From assembly GCA_036501665.1 (NCBI GenBank), contig DASXZW010000024.1, positions 1 to 27,895 on the forward strand: a stretch of 27,895 bases of DNA, read 5' to 3'. The notes beneath the pieces are model-generated. The model did not search any database, was not told the origin of the DNA, and was given only the letters and a program-made list of their open reading frames with translations. The DNA is from Verrucomicrobiia bacterium. Lineage in GTDB: Bacteria; Verrucomicrobiota; Verrucomicrobiia; Limisphaerales; Palsa-1400. Shown here piece by piece: positions 17,714 to 26,207 of the stretch. Each line of letters opens with the position of its first letter. The stretch's first letter is position 1. The position numbers and the translations under genes are program-made.

Positions 17714-18112
17714 ATGGCAAAAACAATAGCGGATGTTGAAATCGTAGTACAACAGCAAGGCGAACAGGACAGAGTCTTTCGTGCCTCAGTTTCTCTGGAA
17801 GCAAAGCGTTCCTACACAGTTTCCATTCTGGGGCCAGAGGCCAATCCGGATATAACATCGCTGGACTCGGACTCTCAAGCCCCCGCAACCGCGCTCCTCG
17901 AGCAAAAACTGAAGCAGCTTGTCGATCAGTTCGACCCCACCATCGCCCTCGTCAAGATAACCAAGGACACACTCAACGTTTTGCCAAAAGTTACTTACCG
18001 CTGTGGTAACTGGCGCTGTCAAACCAAGCTGTTTGAATCCTGGGGCCTCGCGCCGGGCATTCGCATACTTTGCAAGAAGTGCAAGACCCTGCGAATTCCC
18101 AAAGTCGTCTAA
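17714..18112 (+). CDS. Small protein with C-terminal Com-like zinc-ribbon
   Basis: 132 aa; VTYRCGNWRCQTKLFESWGLAPGIRILCKKCKTLRIP (CxxxxC...CxxC). Confidence 0.7.
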   Translation: MAKTIADVEIVVQQQGEQDRVFRASVSLEAKRSYTVSILGPEANPDITSLDSDSQAPATALLEQKLKQLVDQFDPTIALVKITKDTLNVLPKVTYRCGNWRCQTKLFESWGLAPGIRILCKKCKTLRIPKVV

Positions 18113-18124
18113 GGAGGACGCACT

Positions 18125-19327
18125 ATGACCACACCTGACGAAACAGATGACTTCCTCGACAAATACCTGCCCACACAGTCCCCTCACGCGAATGAACTGA
18201 AGCGCAGCATCACTCTATGTAATGACGACCCGAAACTCCTTGACTGCATTCTAATCTTAGGCCCCACCGGATGTGGCAAGACGCGCCTAGCGAAAATCAT
18301 CGCTGCACATCGATGCTGGATAAACTTCAAAAAGCAGCATACGATCAAAAGCGAATACATTAAAGCGGAAAATTGGCGGGATCTCGAACTCAAGTGGCTA
18401 CAAGGATTCAACAGTATCCTTAGCGACTTCGGCGAGCCGTTCGAGTCGATTAACATCAGCAATGTGGAAGGTTTGGCGTTTGAGTCCGAACTCTTTGGCC
18501 ACGTTGCAGGGGCCTTTACCGACGCAAAAACAGAAAAGCCCGGATTGCTCGCCAGGCCACTTTTATGCGATGTGCTCATTGATGAGATAGGCAATGCTGA
18601 GATTCCTACACAGCGTAAATTGTTGCAGCTTCTTCAGGATAAAACTTACAGGAAAAAGGGCTGTACGACAAAACTTGACTGTGATGCTCGTTTACTTTTC
18701 GCCACCAACGTCAAGCCTGAGTTGCTCCTTCAGAGTAAAGCTCTCCAGGAGGATTTTTACTACCGCCTGTGCAACGGGATCATCCTTGAGATTCAGCCAC
18801 TCAAGAACAGAACCGAAGAGATTGAAGATATTTCCACATCTGTGCTTGACTTTTTAAAGTCAAAACTGCCTCCCCTTGATCCTCGTCTTTCCTGCTATTT
18901 ATCGCCGGATGATCTCACATTTGCGAAAACCTATACCTGGCCAGGTAACATAAGACAGTTGGAAGCGGCTCTCCGCAACTGGCTTGCTAATGTCAAATGG
19001 ACTCCCGCGGTCACACTACAGCAAATGGTCATTGCGAATGCCGAGAAGTACACCGCTTTGGTCCCTCCAGAGAAGATTTCTCTCAATTCAATTTTGGATT
19101 CATACGTGACCGCCCGTCTCAATTCAGCCGCAGCCGGGGAGAAAATACAATCCCTGACAGAGGAGGTAGCCCTCGTCAAAAGAACCGCAGAAACAATTTT
19201 CGCATCTCGCGTGTCGTCAGCCGGTCACACGAAGTCTGAAGCGACTCTTGGCAAAATATGCGCCAAGAACTCCACAAAGCATCTCAAACATATAAGACAA
19301 TGGATTGCTCGAAGAAAACCGAATTAG
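18125..19327 (+). CDS. AAA+ ATPase of the sigma-54 activator (bEBP) type, with no receiver domain and an altered GAFTGA loop
   Basis: 400 aa; GPTGCGKTRLAK, VEGLAFESELFGHVAGAFTDAKTEKPG, DVLIDEIGNAEIPTQRKLLQLLQDKTYRKKG, FATN, YYRL, YTWPGNIRQLEAALRNW; AAGGAGG SD. Confidence 0.85.
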   Translation: MTTPDETDDFLDKYLPTQSPHANELKRSITLCNDDPKLLDCILILGPTGCGKTRLAKIIAAHRCWINFKKQHTIKSEYIKAENWRDLELKWLQGFNSILSDFGEPFESINISNVEGLAFESELFGHVAGAFTDAKTEKPGLLARPLLCDVLIDEIGNAEIPTQRKLLQLLQDKTYRKKGCTTKLDCDARLLFATNVKPELLLQSKALQEDFYYRLCNGIILEIQPLKNRTEEIEDISTSVLDFLKSKLPPLDPRLSCYLSPDDLTFAKTYTWPGNIRQLEAALRNWLANVKWTPAVTLQQMVIANAEKYTALVPPEKISLNSILDSYVTARLNSAAAGEKIQSLTEEVALVKRTAETIFASRVSSAGHTKSEATLGKICAKNSTKHLKHIRQWIARRKPN

Positions 19328-19480
19328 TTGCTTATTGCGGCAATCCGATTGCGGATATGAGCAACTGTAGAATCAAAACAGAATGCTCTCATTGCGTCAT
19401 ATAGCACTAACCAACAACATGTTGCACATAAAGCTGCAACGACGGCCTGAATTTGGCATACCACTCGCATCATCATCGCC

Positions 19481-20011
19481 ATGTTGAATGTTGGAATAAC
19501 GATTTGGAATCAACAGCTTCTCAATGATTTCCTGAGGGAGCTTGAGGCGGGCCCCCAATTGTTTGAGCAAGTCGTGCTCATCTCTCCCTTCGTCAATTTG
19601 TCGGCCACTTCCCGCATCGCCACACGTATTCGCCATCTGTCTGTTTCACTATTACGGCGTCGCGTGACACTTGAAATCGTTTCCGACCTCACCCGCGCAC
19701 GAGTCATGTCCTTCGTGAACTACCAGGCAGACGAGCCTCATTGTCCCAGTTTCCTGACCCTTTACCCAAAACTTCATTCCAAATGTGGGTACGCCGTCGC
19801 CAGAAACGGCGCTCATATCGCCTTCGCTGGGTCAGCAAACCTAACGGACGCAGCGCTGTCAAAAAATAAAGAATTGGTAATCGCGGTTAAGACCACACCC
19901 TCCCTCCCTGAGACGCAGAAAGTATTCAATCAAATAAAACAACAGGCAGACGAAATCCTGGCAGAATCCGTTGGCCCTGGCCACATCACGGCAAAAAGAA
20001 AGTGCTACTAA
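19481..20011 (+). CDS. Phospholipase D-like protein, DpdK-like candidate
   Basis: 176 aa; VVLISPFVN, YPKLHSKCGYAVARNGAHIAFAGSANLTDAALSKNKELVIAV (HxK...GSxNLT signature). Confidence 0.7.
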   Translation: MLNVGITIWNQQLLNDFLRELEAGPQLFEQVVLISPFVNLSATSRIATRIRHLSVSLLRRRVTLEIVSDLTRARVMSFVNYQADEPHCPSFLTLYPKLHSKCGYAVARNGAHIAFAGSANLTDAALSKNKELVIAVKTTPSLPETQKVFNQIKQQADEILAESVGPGHITAKRKCY

Positions 20012-20199
20012 AGCTCCTACATGACAATTGCACATCAGCTATGACACATGATAACACACGTTAACAACCGCTCTGCGCTCGCTCAACTTATCGCCATGCT
20101 CCTTTACCGTCGTCTTCCTCGACCTTCGACTGTCGTAGGCTGTACCAATAACCACACACACACTAACAACATCAACACCGGATCGCAATAGACAAACAT

Positions 20200-21336
20200 A
20201 TGAGTACTTTCACAAATTTCTATTTCCTAAAAAACAACCGCGCCAATTTCGAGTTGGACGTTCGGAAAGACGCCAAATTGGTTTTCGGATACACCAAACT
20301 GAAAGACCTTGTGGACTCCATGCTTGGCGACGCCACGATCAGTGGCACGCCCCCTAAGAGTTTCTGGTGGGGTCAGTACGGTTGTGGCAAAACCCATCAC
20401 TTGCATTACACCGAACAAACGATAAATGCAGTGATGCCATTTAGAGTAGTGCGTTTCGATCTCCCAGAAGTAACGAGCAAGAGTCTTTTCAATGATCTAC
20501 AACTGAACCTCGTGACTCGAATCGACTTAGCCTATTTCAGACCACTCCTCATTTCTCGCTACCAGGCTGACCTCACATGGCTGCAACACCTCTCAATTCC
20601 TCCGGACGTAAGGCAAGCCTTTAATACGATAATCAGTAACGAAATGCGAGCCTTAGAAGCGTGGCGGTTTTTGGCCGGCATAAAAACGGACGATCCAGGT
20701 GGCATAGGGGTAACAAAGAAACAACTCACAGAGGGTGAGGAATTTGCCGCCGCAATAGCTACCATCGCAGAGGTGATTCATTTGCAGGAAAACAAGATGT
20801 TGCTTTACCTAATCGATGAAGCTGAGGGGCTCAGCGCCGTCACCAATGCTGATTCACAGAAAAAGTGGGCACATTCTCTCCGCAAATGTCTCGACCTACG
20901 CGTGGGTTTCGTTTTAGCAATCGCTGCTGAAAAACAGCAATACATACCCGAAATCCTCCAGGCCCAAGAGGTCTGGCGACGCGTTGGAGACGACTACATC
21001 GTCGCTCTCCAGGCACTCCGCGTTCCCGAAATTGAAGGCTTTCTTCGTGGGCTTCTTCACGCTTTCATCGACGAACAGAAACTGATCGCCGCCGAGGGTG
21101 CTGGCACGTTCGCTAACTATCCCCTTTACGATAGGAGCACCTTTCCATTTACCCAAGAAGCTCTCACCGGCTATGCCAAGTACCTTGGCCACAATCAACA
21201 AAACTCGAAGCCATCTGAAATCCTAAAAAATCTTCAAAAGATTAGCCATGCGGCGGTTCGCGTTGATAAACGAGTAATCGACAAAGACTTCCTCACTACG
21301 GCAGGACCCGACGGCCAAAGTTGCTTTCACGACTAA
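20200..21336 (+). CDS. P-loop ATPase with YGxGKTH Walker A
   Basis: 378 aa; FWWGQYGCGKTHHLHYTEQ; MLLYLIDEAEGLS Walker B. Confidence 0.8.
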   Translation: MSTFTNFYFLKNNRANFELDVRKDAKLVFGYTKLKDLVDSMLGDATISGTPPKSFWWGQYGCGKTHHLHYTEQTINAVMPFRVVRFDLPEVTSKSLFNDLQLNLVTRIDLAYFRPLLISRYQADLTWLQHLSIPPDVRQAFNTIISNEMRALEAWRFLAGIKTDDPGGIGVTKKQLTEGEEFAAAIATIAEVIHLQENKMLLYLIDEAEGLSAVTNADSQKKWAHSLRKCLDLRVGFVLAIAAEKQQYIPEILQAQEVWRRVGDDYIVALQALRVPEIEGFLRGLLHAFIDEQKLIAAEGAGTFANYPLYDRSTFPFTQEALTGYAKYLGHNQQNSKPSEILKNLQKISHAAVRVDKRVIDKDFLTTAGPDGQSCFHD

Positions 21337-21345
21337 GGACGACTT

Positions 21346-22746
21346 ATGAGTAAATATATTATCAATCCAACGATTCAGGGGGATGTGACGTTAGGTGAAG
21401 GCGACCGCAAGAGCACGATGTTCGTAGGGCGCCTAGCTGAGACTGGGGCGGTGCGAAACGTCTATCAAGACGTGTCTAAAGAGTTCGTCAGTATTATTAT
21501 TGGTCAACGCGGCAGTGGCAAAAGTTTCAGCCTTGGGTCGCAACTTGAAAGCCTATGCACCACAAACCGAGAATCCTCCATAGGGAAGCGGCAGGAGGAT
21601 CGAGGCGTCCTCCTTATTGATCCAAACGCCAATTTCTGGACGAGTGCCATGCCGCTGCGAAATGGTGACCACGCCCGCCTGAAAAGGCAGCATTCCTCCA
21701 TCTCCGGGTGGAAAATCGGCATAGATGATGTAGCCGTCCAGGTATGGACTCCGGCGGGTTGCCGCTCCAGTACCGATCATCTGTCTGTTCAAGAATATTT
21801 CTTTGATACATCCGATTTTCGTTGTGAGGAATGGGCCGAAATCCTGTCGCTTGACACGACTCAGGACCCTCGCGGTATGTTGCTTTCTGATCTTTACTAC
21901 AAACTACGAGTTTCCGGATGGCATGATGGTACTCGTCGAGTTGATCCAGCGTCCAGAGTGGATCTCGCAACTCTTGTCAATTGTTTGGAAAATGATTCCG
22001 ACATCAATACAGGCTCAGCCGGGTATCAAAAGAGCACAATCGCAGCTCTGAAAAAGGAATTGGTCTCCTTATCGCGCCGCCCATTATTCGCAAATGCAGG
22101 CACACCGCTCACGACACTTATCAAGCCAGGAGTATTCAGCATTATGATGCTTCCATATGAACTGGGTCGTGGTTTACGGTCGGTTCTCGCGAGGGTTATC
22201 ATCAGTAAAATGATGAGCCATCGACGGGAAGCGACTAAGTTGCAACAGAGGCTTGACTTCGAAGAGATGCCGGACGCGCACCGGCAGGATTTGCGCTCCA
22301 AAGTCCTGAACCTCATACCCAGGACGGTTTTGGCCATCGACGAGGCCCAAGAGTTGCTTGGAGAAGCTGGGGGAGTCGAGCGCGCTGTACTTGAAGATTA
22401 TTGTCTTCGCGGGCGCGGCTTTGGTCTGTCGATGATCCTCGCCACTCAGCGACCGGAGTCCAGCGCCCTAAGCTCCAAGGTCACCAGCCAAGCTGACACT
22501 TGGTACATTCACAGCCTCGGTTCGCAAGGCAACATATCTACCGTTTATGATAACCTGGTCGCTGCATTTCCAGAGACAGTTTCGGACGGTCGCCAAACGC
22601 TTGATTTCTTCAGCCTTCTCAGGTCCTTGAACACAGGGCAATCGCTCGTGGCCGCAAAATCCATGGAAACCGGTAACGGAGTGCGGCGTGCATTTGTCAT
22701 GGATACTCGCCCGCGTGTCCGAATTCACGGTGGTGATGCCTCATGA
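21346..22746 (+). CDS. HerA/FtsK-like ATPase
   Basis: 466 aa; VSIIIGQRGSGKSFSLGSQLE; GVLLIDPNANFW; TVLAIDEAQELLGEAGG; MILATQRPESS; SD AAGGACGACTT upstream. Confidence 0.8.
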   Translation: MSKYIINPTIQGDVTLGEGDRKSTMFVGRLAETGAVRNVYQDVSKEFVSIIIGQRGSGKSFSLGSQLESLCTTNRESSIGKRQEDRGVLLIDPNANFWTSAMPLRNGDHARLKRQHSSISGWKIGIDDVAVQVWTPAGCRSSTDHLSVQEYFFDTSDFRCEEWAEILSLDTTQDPRGMLLSDLYYKLRVSGWHDGTRRVDPASRVDLATLVNCLENDSDINTGSAGYQKSTIAALKKELVSLSRRPLFANAGTPLTTLIKPGVFSIMMLPYELGRGLRSVLARVIISKMMSHRREATKLQQRLDFEEMPDAHRQDLRSKVLNLIPRTVLAIDEAQELLGEAGGVERAVLEDYCLRGRGFGLSMILATQRPESSALSSKVTSQADTWYIHSLGSQGNISTVYDNLVAAFPETVSDGRQTLDFFSLLRSLNTGQSLVAAKSMETGNGVRRAFVMDTRPRVRIHGGDAS

Positions 22747-24032
22747 CCATTCCACTTATTACATCATACACTGAGTTTCAGCAGCGCCTCGGCTACTGCA
22801 AGCTCCTCCTGGCCGTTTCCAAGCGAGCCGCCTCACAGCCCGAACAGGTGCTCAGACAACTCGATCACATATTTTTCAAGCCTACCGCCGACGGACACGA
22901 CACTTACCTCGGTCAAATCCTTGGGAAGCAGGTCCAAGTCAAAACAGCCCACTCCCACCTCCGTCTCCACAATTCCCTAGCCGAAACGGATAGCACGACG
23001 AGCCTTCGCAGCTTCGGGAACGAAGCAAAAGAGATACTAACGCTCTGCAGGGCGCTCGGATTGGTTGATGACCGCGTTGTTATCCTCGAAAACGCTATGC
23101 CTCTCATTCGTCTCATCCCCGAGGCTTCCTGGGATCTTGTTCGCCAAGGCTTACGGCCTGACGAGTACAACCCCTTGATCCTCGATCATGGCACCAGCAA
23201 TGTGAGCGAAAAAACCTACTTCCTTATTCGTCTATTAAGCGAGGACATTGCGTTTACATTGCTTCCTCTGGCTCTTCGCTCCAAAACTCGGACTGCTTTC
23301 CATCGCTACATTGATTGGGATGGGCTAAAAACCGACGATTTTCCCTCTAACAATATGTTAACGGTGGTCTATGAAGACCTAATATGCAGCGCCAAACCAA
23401 GACTCTTCGGTGAGGTCCGCAATGCCAAGAATTTAGACAACTATTTCCTTGGTGATCCTCGCAAACGGCGTACTCATCCCGGCATGCGGCAGTACGCGCG
23501 CTTCAGACATCAGGCTACACCGCGACTTGCGTTTCTGAAGGAACTGGGTATAATTGCGTCCCAACCTTTGCCGCCACCGGATTCTCATCTCTCGAAGCAA
23601 TACTCATATCTTCTTACGCCAACAACAGAAGCATACGTCGAATACATTCGGAAGACGTTACTGGCGGACGGGCTGGATAGCGAGGAGTTTGTGCGGAATC
23701 ACGCCTTTAAAATTGCAAGTATAATATACCATAGGGTCACTCGGCGACCCGTAGATCAGGAGGAAGTATTCCGTTACTTTTTGCGCGCGTATGTGCGACT
23801 AAAGCGCGACATGGGGAATACCCCCTCCGGTAGCATTTGTATGTTAGGATGCCTTCTCGCACAGGACGATGGCCTTTTAATAGAAATAAAGGAAATGCAC
23901 CAAGTCGGGCGGGACTACGCCCGTAAGTACTCTGAGTTTCTCCGCTATTCGGGTGGCAGCATTCAACTTGGAGATTATCTTATATCAGTTGATCATAGAT
24001 TGCTGCAAAACCTTGGTATCCAGAACCCATAA
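22743..24032 (+). CDS. Uncharacterised protein of the ATPase module
   Basis: 429 aa; ATGA overlap with the HerA-like gene; no recognised motif. Confidence 0.75.
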   Translation: MTIPLITSYTEFQQRLGYCKLLLAVSKRAASQPEQVLRQLDHIFFKPTADGHDTYLGQILGKQVQVKTAHSHLRLHNSLAETDSTTSLRSFGNEAKEILTLCRALGLVDDRVVILENAMPLIRLIPEASWDLVRQGLRPDEYNPLILDHGTSNVSEKTYFLIRLLSEDIAFTLLPLALRSKTRTAFHRYIDWDGLKTDDFPSNNMLTVVYEDLICSAKPRLFGEVRNAKNLDNYFLGDPRKRRTHPGMRQYARFRHQATPRLAFLKELGIIASQPLPPPDSHLSKQYSYLLTPTTEAYVEYIRKTLLADGLDSEEFVRNHAFKIASIIYHRVTRRPVDQEEVFRYFLRAYVRLKRDMGNTPSGSICMLGCLLAQDDGLLIEIKEMHQVGRDYARKYSEFLRYSGGSIQLGDYLISVDHRLLQNLGIQNP

Positions 24033-24045
24033 TCGAAGAACAATT

Positions 24046-24903
24046 ATGCCATCAAACAAGCCAAAGCCAAACGATATCGCCGAAAGCCCCCTCGGTCCGC
24101 TTGCCTTGAAAGTTTTTGACCGCTCAAAAGTTTGGTCGCTTTTAGCAAAGCAGGTGGAGGACTGCTTTGTTTTCGCCAACGCCACTCCGAACGCCCAACT
24201 CGATCCATTTAAGGTCGCACTACTCCTGCCGCAACTCCAATTACACTTCAGAACTACTAATGACCCTCCCGACGCAGATCTGTCCGCACTACAGGCATGG
24301 ACAAATCAAGAGTGCCGACGTGCAATTGCTGAGTTCGAGGTTGCTTTGCAAAAATTGTGCGCGGCAGAAAAACTCCAAGTAGAAGGCCGGTTCCCTCACT
24401 TCATTCTTGCAGGATTCCTCGAAATTATAGTTCAAGATAAACAACCCGTTTGTAAAATCGGTGGGTCCAGCTTAAATACAGTGAACCTTTCAATCGTTGC
24501 GCCTGTAATCCTTCAAAGGATCAGGGAGGACACCGCCCGCAAGTTCGACCCCAAGTTATTTCTTGATCAACTATACAAAGCTTATCAACGAACCGCTCTC
24601 AATGGGCGAATTCCGGGAGGCGAGCCCGTGCTTGCGAAGTTGATTCTTCCAGAGATCGCCTTTATTAAACAATCGCTCGCTTTCTTGAAGTCGCCGTCCA
24701 AGGCTGCCTTCGTCGATTACACCTTGGAACACTTCGCTCGTGATTTGGCCCTCATTCTGAAAGACGGCAACGTTTGCACCTCTAACGGCAAGCGTTTACA
24801 CCCAACACCAGTGTCCAATTCGTCTGACGGCATTCCAGTTATGATCGACGGCGCTTATCGATACATAGGACGTCTCACCTTCTTGGAGGAAACCCAGCGA
24901 TGA
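24046..24903 (+). CDS. Uncharacterised protein of the ATPase module
   Basis: 285 aa starting MPSNKPKPNDIAESPLGPLALKVFDRSKVW; ATGA overlap with next gene. Confidence 0.7.
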   Translation: MPSNKPKPNDIAESPLGPLALKVFDRSKVWSLLAKQVEDCFVFANATPNAQLDPFKVALLLPQLQLHFRTTNDPPDADLSALQAWTNQECRRAIAEFEVALQKLCAAEKLQVEGRFPHFILAGFLEIIVQDKQPVCKIGGSSLNTVNLSIVAPVILQRIREDTARKFDPKLFLDQLYKAYQRTALNGRIPGGEPVLAKLILPEIAFIKQSLAFLKSPSKAAFVDYTLEHFARDLALILKDGNVCTSNGKRLHPTPVSNSSDGIPVMIDGAYRYIGRLTFLEETQR

Positions 24904-26207
24904 GCACACTGGATCAACCGTTAGCCAAACGGCTCATTTCGCGCCTGAAGGCAGGTACGGCGCCCATTGACTGTGTGGACCAATTGAATGTTGGAAATGA
25001 AGCTTGGTACAGTGCTGCTGTTCAATACTTTGAGGACTTAGCTCAGGATGGCGACGCCCTCGTCCGCTTCGTGCGCGGCCACTATGGTGATGGCAAAACA
25101 CACTTTTTAGGGATGCTCGGTGCTCTCGCATTCAAAAACGGTTGGAGCGTCAGCTACGTTACCGCCGAGAGAACCAAACTTCACAAATTCGAGGTCGTCT
25201 ATTCCGAAATTATAAAGGCCATAAATCTTCCGCCAGGTGTTTCAATTGTCCCCTGGCTTACTGAAATCAGACCGAGGGGGGCGATGTCCCTGTTGGGAGC
25301 CTTTTTCTCCAAGATATACATCGACGTGCATGGTGCTGCCAATGAACATGGCATCAATCGAATGTCGGTACTTCACGAGGTTAAACAACGTGTGGCCAAG
25401 TTTAGTGCGGCGAACGGATTCCACGACTTAGTGAGCACAGCGCTCATGATTTTCACGAAAGCAGCACTGGCACAAGAGGCTCAAGGAATGTCTGACATGG
25501 TTTCATGGTTTCAGGGTGATGATGTTAAATTTAGAGATAAAGGAATAAATAGGCGGATCGACCAACGTCTTGCAAGAGATGTGCTTCGCTGTCTCACGCA
25601 AGTATCCCAGCACGTAGGGATTCGTGGCACCTTGGTCCTTCTTGACGAGGCGGAACTTATATTGGCACAAACGAAGTCTGTACGCACTAAATCCTATTCG
25701 GTGCTTCGTGACCTCCTCGATAATGCCGATCCGCAAGCAGGAATGCGCGCATCCATTATATATATTGCTGCGACACCAGAAATGTTCACGGCTAAAGAAG
25801 GCTTTGCTGAGTACGAAGCGCTGCGCTCGCGCCTAATGCCGGCATTATCCTTTACATCCAAGAGATTCATCGACTATCGCGACGTGGTAGTTGATCTCAC
25901 GCGAACCCCGCTTCCTGCGGACCTCCTGTTCCAGCTTGCAAAGAAAGTACGTGGAATCCATTCTGTTGCCAGACAGTGGGACGCTTCGGCTCACATTTCG
26001 GACGATCTGCTACAGATCATTGTCACGCGGATAGACAACGGGTCGTTTCCCGTCTCGAAGCCGCGCATGGTTACTTCCGTGATTACGCAGCTTCTGGAGT
26101 CCGCTGAGCAGAACAGGACCGAGGACCCCACTTTGGCAATTGAAGCGACGGTGTCGGATGCGGCACAAACACTCTCCATGCGGCCCGATTCCGAGAAATG
26201 GGATTGA
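24900..26207 (+). CDS. BrxC/BrxD (DUF2791)-like P-loop ATPase
   Basis: 435 aa; FVRGHYGDGKTHFLGMLGALAFKNGWSVSYVTAE; TLVLLDEAELI; VIYIAATPEMF-like sensor segment (IIYIAATPEMF). Confidence 0.7.
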   Translation: MSTLDQPLAKRLISRLKAGTAPIDCVDQLNVGNEAWYSAAVQYFEDLAQDGDALVRFVRGHYGDGKTHFLGMLGALAFKNGWSVSYVTAERTKLHKFEVVYSEIIKAINLPPGVSIVPWLTEIRPRGAMSLLGAFFSKIYIDVHGAANEHGINRMSVLHEVKQRVAKFSAANGFHDLVSTALMIFTKAALAQEAQGMSDMVSWFQGDDVKFRDKGINRRIDQRLARDVLRCLTQVSQHVGIRGTLVLLDEAELILAQTKSVRTKSYSVLRDLLDNADPQAGMRASIIYIAATPEMFTAKEGFAEYEALRSRLMPALSFTSKRFIDYRDVVVDLTRTPLPADLLFQLAKKVRGIHSVARQWDASAHISDDLLQIIVTRIDNGSFPVSKPRMVTSVITQLLESAEQNRTEDPTLAIEATVSDAAQTLSMRPDSEKWD

